In this document: one piece after another, positions 1 through 9,183 of the stretch
Numbering within the stretch: position 1 is the stretch's first letter
Layout: every line of letters begins with the position of its first letter
DNA from: Promethearchaeota archaeon
GTDB taxonomy: Archaea > Asgardarchaeota > Lokiarchaeia > Sigyniarchaeales > SOKP01
NCBI GenBank assembly: GCA_016930515.1
Contig: JAFGGO010000070.1
Location: 1-38,092, forward strand
Direction: 5' to 3'
Length of the DNA stretch: 38,092 nucleotides
Notes under the pieces: model-generated
What the model was told of the DNA's origin: nothing
The model's database searches: none
Seen by the model: the letters and a program-made list of their open reading frames with translations, nothing else
Position numbers and translations under genes: made by a program

Positions 1-410
1 ATAAGTTAAAATATTTATAATTGATGTTATGCATGTGAGACTGAATATTCTAAACAAAAAATAAGCACAAGATATCAATTTTAAAAATCTTTTGTCTTAT
101 CGAAATCCTTGATTTTAATTATCTTTTTTCTTGATAGGTTTAATCAATAACATTTATTTCAACGGTTTTCGCAATTTAATTTTGCAAAACAAATACAATA
201 GAGTAAAATCTCACTAGTTTAATGCCTTGTTTTTATCAGTATCGATCATTCGATTTTGAATTACTTTAATTATTGAAATAGAACAAAATTAGGAAAAATT
301 AGGCAAAAATGTTTTATATTCGTAGGGATAATACATTATCATATTCCATAATTTTTAGGATTAAAAGTATCAAAAAATTTTGGAGGACTAAGGTTAAAAG
401 GTGGAAAAAA

Positions 411-2366
411 GTGTCTGAAAATCAGACCAACGAAAAAGAGATGATCGGAGTTTTCGTGTGTCGCTGAGGAATTAACATCGCAGGTATATTAGATGTTCCT
501 TATATCGTGAGTGAACTAAACAAATTACCAAGCGTAAAAGCTTTTGAATATTTGAGCATGTGTACCGAGGGTGGTTCGTCTTACATCAAGGAACAAATCG
601 TGGAACATAAACTATCGAAAATAGTCGTTGCGGCATGTACACCAAAAACGCACCAACCAGTATTTCACGCCATATTAAGCGAAGCGGGTTTACCTCCTCG
701 ATATCTGGAGTTTGTAAACATCAGGGAACATTGTAGTTTTGTCCATCAACAGGATAGAGAGCGGGCTAACGCCAAGGCAATAGAGCTCATTAGAGCGGGA
801 TTGGCTCGCGCTCGCCTCTTGGAGGACGTTCCGACAAAGATTGTTCCAGTAAAGCCAGAGGCGCTCGTGATTGGAGGGGGTATCGCCGGATTAAGCGCAG
901 CAATTGATCTAGGAGACGCTGGTTATAAGGTTTATCTTGTAGAAAAGAACACGACTATCGGGGGGAGAATGTCGCAATTAGACCGAACATTCCCCACGGA
1001 CGATTGTTCTATATGAATTCTTGGACCAAAAATGCTCGAAGCGAATCGACATCAAAACATAAATATCATGACATATAGCGAGGTTGTTAAAGTAGACGGC
1101 TATATCGGGAATTTTAAAGTGCAAGTCAAGAGGAATGCGCGATTTGTGGACGAGGATAAATGCACTGGATGTGGAACGTGCACTGATCGATGTCCAATTT
1201 ACGTGCCAAACTATTTCGACGAAAATTTATCGGCCAGAAAAGTAATAGACATTGCTTTTGCTCAAGCCGTTCCTGCAGTTCGAGACATCGTAAGAGAATC
1301 GTGCGTCGAGTGTTTTGCGTGCGTTGATTCTTGCGATCAAGAAGCCATCGATTTTAGTCAGAGAGATAAAATAGTCGAATTAGAAGTTGGTACCATCATC
1401 GTTGCAACAGGATGGGACATATACCAAGGAGACGATTACGGATACGGAACCTACGAGAATGTGATAAACCAAATACAACTCGAAAGAATTATCGCACCAA
1501 ACGGGCCAACCCTAGGTCATTTAAAACGACCATCCGATAGGAAGCGTCCAACCAGGATATTATTTATAAATTGCGTTGGATCGAGAGATGTGAGCAAAAA
1601 TCCCTATTGTAGTGTTGTATGCTGTAACTTATCGCTAAAAAATTCTAAACTCATAAAATCCGAATATCCTGATTCCGAGATCGTATGTTCGTACATCGAC
1701 ATGAGATGCGCGGGTAAGGATTACGAGGAATATTATAGGAGATCCCGGGATAAGGGCATTCTTTTCATTAAAGGCTTGGTTGGAAGCATCAAGGAAGATC
1801 CGGTGACAAAAAATCTCATCGTCCAACTCGAACCCGTAGGAACTGATACCGTCGTGGAAATGGAGTTTGACATGGTAGTCCTGTCGTCAGCCTCTCTACC
1901 GTCCGAAGGTACCATGGAGATCGCCAAGGTCATGAACATGGAAAAGAGTCCCGACGGATTTTTAAAAGAATTCCACGCAAGACTGGACCCAATTAGTACA
2001 AAGGTTCCAGGAATATATCTAGCCGGTTCAGCACAAGGTCAAAAAACCATTGAATTAGCCGTGAGCCAAGCGAAAGGCGCAGCTTCAACGGCGGGCATCC
2101 CAATGGGAAAAGGAGAGTACATCATGGAACTCATTCGAGCTACACCACTCGACGAACGATGTGCTAAATGCTACAAGTGTATTGATGCGTGTCCTTATAG
2201 TGCCATTTCCGTAAACGAGACTGGCAATTTAGTAGTTGATATTATTCGATGCCGTGGATGCGGAACGTGCGCAAGCTTGTGTCCTTCCAAGGCTATTGAG
2301 TTGACCTATTTCAGGGACGAACAATATGTTGCCTTATTAGACGAAATGCTTCCAATTGAAGAATAA
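411..2366 (+). CDS. hdrA: Heterodisulfide reductase subunit A-like flavoprotein, selenoprotein (651 aa; Sec19 and Sec202)
   Basis: GTG at 411 (AGGTGG upstream) opens MSENQTNEKEMIGVFVCR-UGA(465-467)-GINIAG, matching the HdrA GVFVCxCGxNIAG motif. The frame continues through ORF 507-1016 to TFPTDDCSI-UGA(1014-1016)-ILGPKM (HdrA TFPTxDCxxCIL) and into ORF 1032-2366. Also GGGIAG FAD motif, inserted ferredoxin, CVGSRD, YCSVVCC and C-terminal ferredoxin. Confidence 0.95.
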
Positions 2367-2382
2367 AGAGACGAGAATTAAA

Positions 2383-2823
2383 ATGGAAATAGACGACATT
2401 AAAATTATCGCGTTCTTGTGCTGGAAATGAGGATATGGTTCGGCAGACATGGCTGGTACGATTCGCGCTCAATATCCAACATCAATTCGCACAGTATTAG
2501 TGCCTTGTACGGGAAGAATAGGTGTCGATCTTGTCATGCGAGCCTTTGGAAGAGGTGCGGATGGCGTGTTAATTGTTGGTTGATACCCAAAAGAGTGCGA
2601 TTACGAGAATGGGAATTATTTCGCTTACCGACAAGTGGAATACATTAAAGAAGTGCTTAATTATTCTGGAATTGACGGTAGACGAATATCAATGAGCTAT
2701 TGCACTGCCGCAGAAGGTCAAAAGTTCCAACAAGAAGCGATAAAATTCGATAAACAAATCAACGAATTAGGACCCAGTCCGATTCGAATTAAAAGCGACG
2801 CGAAAACCAAAGCGAAAGCTTAA
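2383..2823 (+). CDS. mvhD: MvhD/VhuD/FlpD-type [2Fe-2S] subunit, selenoprotein (146 aa; Sec16 and Sec67)
   Basis: ATG 2383: MEIDDIKIIAFLCWK-UGA(2428-2430)-GYGSADMAG...VPCTGRI...GADGVLIVG-UGA(2581-2583)-YPKECDYENGN...LGPSP. Both UGAs replace the conserved Cys of MvhD motifs CxxCxYxxAD and GCxxGxCHY. The ORF track only shows the 2635-2823 tail. Confidence 0.95.
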
Positions 2824-2827
2824 ACAA

Positions 2828-2899
2828 ATGTGTTATCTAATGACGCTAGGTTAAAAATTTGAGAATCTAGCCGAAGAAATGGTTGCCCCATTAACACAT
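2828..2899 (+). promoter_or_regulatory. Eukaryote-like (Lokiarchaeal-type) SECIS element in the 3' UTR of hdrA-mvhD
   Basis: Helix I ATGTGTTA (2828-2835)/TAACACAT (2892-2899); core AUGA (2840-2843)...GA (2873-2874); helix II GCTAGGTT/AATCTAGC (8 bp); 11-nt loop AAAAATTTGAG. Starts 4 nt after the mvhD stop. Confidence 0.9.
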
Positions 2900-3015
2900 C
2901 AAAAATTTTTTAAAAAAAATTAAATTAGAAACACAACTATGCTAATAAAATATCGTTAATATTTTGTACTATCAAATATTCGATTAAAAAAAGTTTAAAA
3001 CTCAAGTGGAAACTC

Positions 3016-4143
3016 ATGGAAGCGAAAGCTCAATATCTGATTAAAATAGAAGATTTTCCCAAATTATTGTCAACTATTCTTAAAGAAAAGATTGTTGATA
3101 AGATCATTAGTGCCGAAACGAAAGTTAACGCAAAGACCAAGGAAGAAGACAGGTTTACTGTAGTTCCGAAAGTAGTTGATAAGGTCGAAGAATTGACCGG
3201 TTTTCCCTTGTCAAATTTTATCGCATACGGATACGCACGAACGGATTCTACCGCGAAATACCTACATAAATCCCTACAAGGAGGATTGAAAGAGAAAGTA
3301 GGATTAATCGCAAGACCTTGTGACACGAGAGCCTTGGTAGAACTTGCAAAGCTCAAGCAAGTTAAATTAGAAAACTTATTCATTATCGCAATCGAGGATC
3401 GAGGCATGATTCCTGGGGCGGCAAAAGAAATAAAAAAGTTCAAGGAGATCGATGTTTCAAAAATAGAAAAGGAAAAAATAGGGGACAAGGGTCTCATCGT
3501 GAAAATAAAGGGGAAAGCACAGGAGTTAGACATTCCCGTAGCAGAAAATTGCCTCCGCTGCCTGCGAAAAACCCCCTCCATTGCAGATTTGTCTGTAAGC
3601 GACATTGGAATACCAATTGACTCGGATGAAATAATTCTGAAAGTTTATTCAGAAAAGGGACAGGACGTTCTTAAAAAATCCGGGATAAAAACCAAGGTAC
3701 TTTCTGGAGATGCTCACGCGAAAAAGTTCGAAGAAATTGTCCAAAAAGCCAAGAATAAGCGAAAAAAAGATCTTGAAGAATGGGCCAAAGTTCCCCAAGC
3801 AGAAAAAATCGAACGCCTTCAACAGTGCACGATGTGTGGAATGTGCATCCGGGGATGCCCAGTTTGTTATTGTGTAGACTGCATCCTACAAAAAAAGCGT
3901 AAGGATAAAGCAATTAATAAGGAAACATATCAACTCACGAGAATTGCTCATGTGGCAGATCGATGCGTTGAATGCGGTAATTGCGATAACAATTGTCCGC
4001 AAAACTTGCCATTATCGTTATACTTCCAATCGCTTAATGAATCCTTTAAAGAAAAGTTCAAGTACGCTCCCGGAGAAAACGTGGACGATACGCCCTTCCG
4101 AAGCGGAAAAGCCATCTCCGAGATGGAACTCGAAAAAACATAA
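3016..4143 (+). CDS. FdhB/FrhB-family (F420-dependent dehydrogenase beta-like) subunit with C-terminal 2x[4Fe-4S]
   Basis: ARPCDTRALVELAK motif, CLRC..ADLSV, CTMCGMCIRGCPVCYCVDC and DRCVECGNCDNNCP clusters; follows hdrA-mvhD. Confidence 0.8.
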   Translation: MEAKAQYLIKIEDFPKLLSTILKEKIVDKIISAETKVNAKTKEEDRFTVVPKVVDKVEELTGFPLSNFIAYGYARTDSTAKYLHKSLQGGLKEKVGLIARPCDTRALVELAKLKQVKLENLFIIAIEDRGMIPGAAKEIKKFKEIDVSKIEKEKIGDKGLIVKIKGKAQELDIPVAENCLRCLRKTPSIADLSVSDIGIPIDSDEIILKVYSEKGQDVLKKSGIKTKVLSGDAHAKKFEEIVQKAKNKRKKDLEEWAKVPQAEKIERLQQCTMCGMCIRGCPVCYCVDCILQKKRKDKAINKETYQLTRIAHVADRCVECGNCDNNCPQNLPLSLYFQSLNESFKEKFKYAPGENVDDTPFRSGKAISEMELEKT

Positions 4144-4276
4144 TTTTCCTTTATTTTTTAAAGTCTATTATATTCCTCTTTCTTTCATCTTGATTATATA
4201 GATTTAAAAACAATATCGTCTTAGATTATTTTAAGACAATAATCAATTCTCATTAAAGAGAGGGAAGAGCAATCTC

Positions 4277-4711
4277 ATGGACGAATATCATCAAAAAAAA
4301 ATTATCCTTATATTTTCAGTCATTAACTTAATTTTAATCGTAATTAATATCGTTTCAGGATTTTTACCTCATTATCAAGAAGAAACAGCAGAGCTGCCAA
4401 TAAATGTAATATTTATTGTTATCGGGTTCATTTTACTAATAACATGTAGCACGAGATTGACATGCATTAAAAATAAAATCGATACCGTACAATCATTCAT
4501 TATTTGGGACATTATTATTAGTGTTCATGGCGGGACTTTTTTTATCATGGAAACTTTTATACATTTATTTAATGAATATAATTTCCAAGGAATTTTATCT
4601 TATAGTGGTTTTGTAATTGGTGCTATTTCAATGTGGCTTGTTTTATTGACAAATATCATTACACTCATCTTATATAAAAATTTAAAAAAAATTATAAAAA
4701 ATATATTGTAG
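4277..4711 (+). CDS. Hypothetical membrane protein (~4 TM)
   Basis: 144-aa ORF with four hydrophobic segments and a basic C-terminus; purine-rich RBS-like sequence upstream. Confidence 0.6.
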   Translation: MDEYHQKKIILIFSVINLILIVINIVSGFLPHYQEETAELPINVIFIVIGFILLITCSTRLTCIKNKIDTVQSFIIWDIIISVHGGTFFIMETFIHLFNEYNFQGILSYSGFVIGAISMWLVLLTNIITLILYKNLKKIIKNIL

Positions 4712-4927
4712 AACTCTGGCTCGAATTAAACATTTTAAAGAGTTTTTAAAATAATAATTTTAGTAAAGAAACCTATAAAAAAAGTTTTTGAAAACTTCAG
4801 ATATAATGGTTTACCTACAGATAAATAAAATTGTCAAATTAGAAAAAAAAAGGTAATCAAATTCCTTAAATACCCGTCCATTCTCTTTTAACACAAGAAA
4901 GAACATAAAAATGAGGTGTAGCTGAAG

Positions 4928-5518
4928 TTGGAGGTACTGAACGCAAAAAAAACCATAAGAAAAACGATGTCGATATATCTCGTAAATTATAATAACGAAA
5001 ATCCAAAAATCAAGGATGTTGAAGATGTTCTCAAGTATTTTAACGATAAAACGATAAACTTTGCCACTGTGGACGTCCCAGACGACTTTCTCATATCTTT
5101 TAGGAATTCTCCTCTCCCTGGATTATTGCGATCGCTTGGGATCTCCTATTACCAGATTAAGATTCCTGAAGAAACAAAAACCTTCTTTTTAGAAAAATTA
5201 AGAAAGATAGAAAAGCACCTTACGCAGGATCAGGAAGAATTCGCCCTTTTGGAAGATAAAAACAGCGCAAGGGGCAGATATCTTAAATTTTGGATCGAAT
5301 TATATCAAAAAGAACTCCAAGAAAACAAGGAGTTTTTCGAACAGAAGGTTCGACCCGTGTATATTGCTGAGACGATGATAGGAATGATCGAGGGAATGAT
5401 GGATCAAAATATCTTGCTCCTTCACTTCGGAGATGAAAAAACTTTCAGCGAGATCATGAAAGTAATAAAATACATTAACGAAAAAATCGACGTGTCTTAC
5501 TTGCATTACATCGTTTAG
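4928..5518 (+). CDS. Hypothetical protein with central coiled-coil
   Basis: 196-aa ORF, TTG start after GAGGTG, T-rich tract after the stop; no recognised motif. Confidence 0.6.
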   Translation: MEVLNAKKTIRKTMSIYLVNYNNENPKIKDVEDVLKYFNDKTINFATVDVPDDFLISFRNSPLPGLLRSLGISYYQIKIPEETKTFFLEKLRKIEKHLTQDQEEFALLEDKNSARGRYLKFWIELYQKELQENKEFFEQKVRPVYIAETMIGMIEGMMDQNILLLHFGDEKTFSEIMKVIKYINEKIDVSYLHYIV

Positions 5519-5785
5519 TTCATCCAATATTTTTTTTAATTTCCTTTATTTTTTTGCTGTTTTAATTATCGAAAATATTTAGCTTTTTAGGAATAATATA
5601 ATCCTTATATATTTAGAATTTAAAAAAATCAAATGAATTTATTAAATGATAATCAACACAATTTGGGTGTTAATTCGTGTTTTATATATATTTCATTGAA
5701 AATGTGAATAAAATAGAAGATATTTAAATATTAAAAGAAACATAATAAAGATCATAACCAAATATAGTCAAAAAGATAGATCGCA

Positions 5786-7162
5786 ATGAAGTTAAATCAG
5801 AATAAAATAGCAAGATTCTTTATTATCGGATTTTTCTTGTTTGCTGTTATGACTTCCATCGATAAACAGGATTTAAACACGGCAAGTGATTCTCGAGGTC
5901 ACGACATTCTTAAATCATCCGAAGCAAGCTCGTCGCTTGTTCAGTGGAATGTGACCTGGGCGAGTAATTCATCAGAAATGGCTTGGGATATCGCACTAGA
6001 CTCATTGGAAAATATTTATGTTGCAGGATCAAATATGAGTAACCCTGACCAGATTTTTATCATAAAATACGATAAAGAAGGTAATTACATTTCAAAAATC
6101 ACGTGGGAAACAAACCAATTAGAAGGAGATACTGGAATTGCCCTAGACGGTTTAAATAATCTTTATTTCATCGCCGGAACATATGACGAAAGCTCGAGCG
6201 ATTACAACCTTACCGTGGTAAAATATAACAGTGCAGGTATTTACCAATGGAACGCTACATGGGGTGGAACGGGATACGAGGTCGGTAAGAGCATTATAAT
6301 AGATTCTTCTAATAATGTTTATGTTACGGGAGAAACATCGAGTTTTGGAGCCTTAGGAAGCGATATGTTTGTTGTCAAATTTAACAGCTTGGGCGAATAT
6401 CAGTGGCACGCCACATTTCCTGGCATAAATTCCGAAGTTGGAAATGATATCGCTCTTGATTCATCAGGGAACATTTATATTACGGGTTATTCAAGAAATA
6501 GCTCTGATTATTACGATATTTGCGTGGTCAGCTTCGACGCTTCTGGAACATGCAGGTGGAATCAAACTTGGGGAATTTCCAATAACGAACAAGGACGAGC
6601 AATTGCCTTAGACGATTCAAATAATCTTTATATCGTTGGTTTGACAAATAATTCGATTGATGGAGATTTTAACGCATTTTTAGTATCTTTCGATAGCACT
6701 GGAACTTATTTCTGGAACGATACATGGGATAGCACCTATGACGACTCGGCCACTGACGTCGCTCTCGGGAAGGATAATAATATTTATGTTTTAGGGGCTA
6801 CAGTTGACGAAATTGGTACTGATATTGATGTACTCCTATTATGTTACGACAGCGAGACTAATTACAAGTGGAACGCAACTTGGGGAGGACCGAGACAAGA
6901 AATGGGAATGGCAATGATTCAAGATTCTTCAGGCTCTTTTTACATAACTGGATTCGTGGATAGCAATAAAACAGGGGCGTTTGAATACGATAGTTTTTTA
7001 ATAAAAATGACTTTTGAATCCACTTCAGACCAAAGCTCTGTTCCAGGGCAAGGATTCATTCCAGGATTTGACCTTCCAATTATTAGTGTGGTTGTTACCA
7101 TAATGGTAATTTCAATCGTCGTTATATACATCAATCGAAAAAGAAACATTAAAATTCGATAA
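5786..7162 (+). CDS. Secreted beta-propeller (SBBP-like repeat) surface protein with Loki-CTERM/PGF-CTERM-like anchor
   Basis: N-terminal signal; ~7 repeats of W-N-x-T-W-G...IALDSxxNIYxxG...D.xxxKYDxxG; C-terminal IPGF + TM helix + RKRNIKIR. Confidence 0.85.
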   Translation: MKLNQNKIARFFIIGFFLFAVMTSIDKQDLNTASDSRGHDILKSSEASSSLVQWNVTWASNSSEMAWDIALDSLENIYVAGSNMSNPDQIFIIKYDKEGNYISKITWETNQLEGDTGIALDGLNNLYFIAGTYDESSSDYNLTVVKYNSAGIYQWNATWGGTGYEVGKSIIIDSSNNVYVTGETSSFGALGSDMFVVKFNSLGEYQWHATFPGINSEVGNDIALDSSGNIYITGYSRNSSDYYDICVVSFDASGTCRWNQTWGISNNEQGRAIALDDSNNLYIVGLTNNSIDGDFNAFLVSFDSTGTYFWNDTWDSTYDDSATDVALGKDNNIYVLGATVDEIGTDIDVLLLCYDSETNYKWNATWGGPRQEMGMAMIQDSSGSFYITGFVDSNKTGAFEYDSFLIKMTFESTSDQSSVPGQGFIPGFDLPIISVVVTIMVISIVVIYINRKRNIKIR

Positions 7163-7348
7163 TAAAATTTCATTTTAATTCTTTCTTACTTTTTTTATCT
7201 TTTTTATCCTCAGAAATCCTTTTTAACACGAAAATTTACAATCATTTTCTCATTATATAAATCTATTTTCAAACCTTAGTATAACCTTTATTACGGTATT
7301 TGACTTAATAGTATTTAATAACATAAAACATCAAGTGATCGATAAATC

Positions 7349-8116
7349 ATGAGCTTACCAGCAAAGAAAACCAACAAGACCAGCGAAACCATCACCGAGT
7401 ACGAGTATCGCATGCTGAATCACGACATGGTGCTCAAGTACGACGATAGTAAGTGCGTTGAATGCGGATTTTGCCATCGCGTGTGTCCCGTTACCGTGTC
7501 TATTTACGACGAAGTGCTTAAAAGAACGGCAATTGGCACTCCCGAGGAAATGAAAATCCCTTCCGACCAGAAAACGGTTGTTGACACCGATAAATGCATT
7601 TGGTGCGGATGTTGTACCTGGATTTGTCCGGGATACACCTTGGAATTACTCATTAATGGGGAAAACAAGCTCCTCTTGGTAGAGAACGGCTCCCTGCCAG
7701 AGTTTGAGGAGGAAATAAGAACGCTCGATAACGGTCAAAAAGTACGAAAAGTCGTTGAAGGGAGCATTACAATTACTTGCAACGAAAAAGACGACAAATT
7801 AATTGAAGCTTTCGTGGCCGAATGCGCTGTCGACGCTATGAAAAAAGAAGGGAAATCCATCACGGTGGATAAGGATAAGTGCATTTTATGCTTTAAATGT
7901 AGCGACGCCGCAAAGAGATACGACAAAATTGATGTAAGGGTGTATCGGGATCGTTTTAAAAAGGTAAAGGGAGAGCCTGGGTCCGTGTGGAACGGCATCA
8001 TGCTCAGGGTTCTCGGAAAGGAAGGAAAGATAAAAGGTATCAAGAGCAAGAGCCAGAATAAATTAGCAGATTCGGTTCTCAGGCTTTTAGGTAGGGTCGA
8101 AACAGAAGAAGAATAG
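7349..8116 (+). CDS. 4Fe-4S polyferredoxin (FwdF-like), C-terminal cluster motifs partly degenerate
   Basis: CVECGFCHRVCP and CIWCGCCTWICP intact; later ECAVDAM and CILCFKCSDA incomplete. Confidence 0.75.
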   Translation: MSLPAKKTNKTSETITEYEYRMLNHDMVLKYDDSKCVECGFCHRVCPVTVSIYDEVLKRTAIGTPEEMKIPSDQKTVVDTDKCIWCGCCTWICPGYTLELLINGENKLLLVENGSLPEFEEEIRTLDNGQKVRKVVEGSITITCNEKDDKLIEAFVAECAVDAMKKEGKSITVDKDKCILCFKCSDAAKRYDKIDVRVYRDRFKKVKGEPGSVWNGIMLRVLGKEGKIKGIKSKSQNKLADSVLRLLGRVETEEE

Positions 8117-8238
8117 TCTTTTTTTATATATTATTACTTCTTTTTAATTTTGTATTTTGCATTTATTTGTAGATTAATAATAATCTCTTTTTTTTGTTGG
8201 ATATTGAGGATTTTTATATTAAAGGAAAAAAAAAGGAT

Positions 8239-8973
8239 TTATGGATATAATGGTATGTAAGTATTGGGAGCTATAATGTCCTCGAGGTCAAATTCGTAAT
8301 ATGATTCGTAGTCAGGATCGTAAGATCCACTTACATCTAATGAATTATGTGGTACCGAACTCCAAGTGGTTTCGGAGAAATCTTCAGAATATATCATACT
8401 CACATGTAATTTTATAGAAGATGGTGTCCCGAGATTTTCTAAAAGAAAACGAGATTCAAAATAAGCGCCGGTTTGGTTCCATTCTCCAGTAAAGTTAAGA
8501 CCTGTTTCGTCCCAATAGGTCCCGTTCCAAGCGTCCATTCCACTCGAACCATCACCAGTTCTCCACCAGAAGTGATGGGTGGCGCTAAATGCTATTTCGG
8601 GTTGCTGGGTATTATATGTCTTTCCAAGAGTAGTTCCTGAACTGTTAGCTCCTATATAAATAAGAAGATAATAATTTAGGCCAGCATTCGAGATGTCAGA
8701 ACCGTTGAGCCCAACATATAAATAATCCGAATCCCAAGTTATGTACCCGAAAAATCCGCTCGCAGAACTCGAAGTGTTAAATCGTTCCCTATCCAAGTAA
8801 AAGTCGTTAACGCCGTCAATAACTATCGTGTGAGAATACGGTTCGATAGGAGTATCGCTAGGAGTTCCAGCTGGTGGGGCACCAAAGAAGGTGATGCCTA
8901 AAAAACCACCAAGAACGCCTCCAGCAACAAAAGCCAATATAACTAAGAAAACTGTAATTCCATTTTTCGCCAT
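8239..8973 (-). CDS. Membrane-anchored extracellular protein, probable DOMON/CBM9-like sugar-binding fold
   Basis: N-terminal TM, Pro/Thr linker, IVIDGVNDF...YITWDSDYLYVG and FESRF patterns typical of DOMON-like/CBM9 domains. Confidence 0.55.
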   Translation of the reverse strand: MAKNGITVFLVILAFVAGGVLGGFLGITFFGAPPAGTPSDTPIEPYSHTIVIDGVNDFYLDRERFNTSSSASGFFGYITWDSDYLYVGLNGSDISNAGLNYYLLIYIGANSSGTTLGKTYNTQQPEIAFSATHHFWWRTGDGSSGMDAWNGTYWDETGLNFTGEWNQTGAYFESRFLLENLGTPSSIKLHVSMIYSEDFSETTWSSVPHNSLDVSGSYDPDYESYYEFDLEDIIAPNTYIPLYP

Positions 8974-9183
8974 AAATTTCTTACCCGTGATAAACGAATT
9001 GATTTATAAGAAATCAATGTTAATTTTTAAATTTTTGTCGAAATTCGATCATGATCTTGATGAATATATATATGTGCCATACCTATTTGGATTTCAAAGG
9101 TATAAACTTAAAAACAAACGATCATATCTTCTGATCGTTACTTGAAATAAAAGAACAAATTTTATACATAGAAGTGAAACAAC

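Noticed and set aside
2418-2648. 76-aa ORF in the track
   Set aside because: Out-of-frame shadow of the Sec-containing mvhD.
5655-5671. AACAC-N7-GTGTT inverted repeat as an operator
   Set aside because: Short single occurrence in very AT-rich DNA; not distinguishable from chance.
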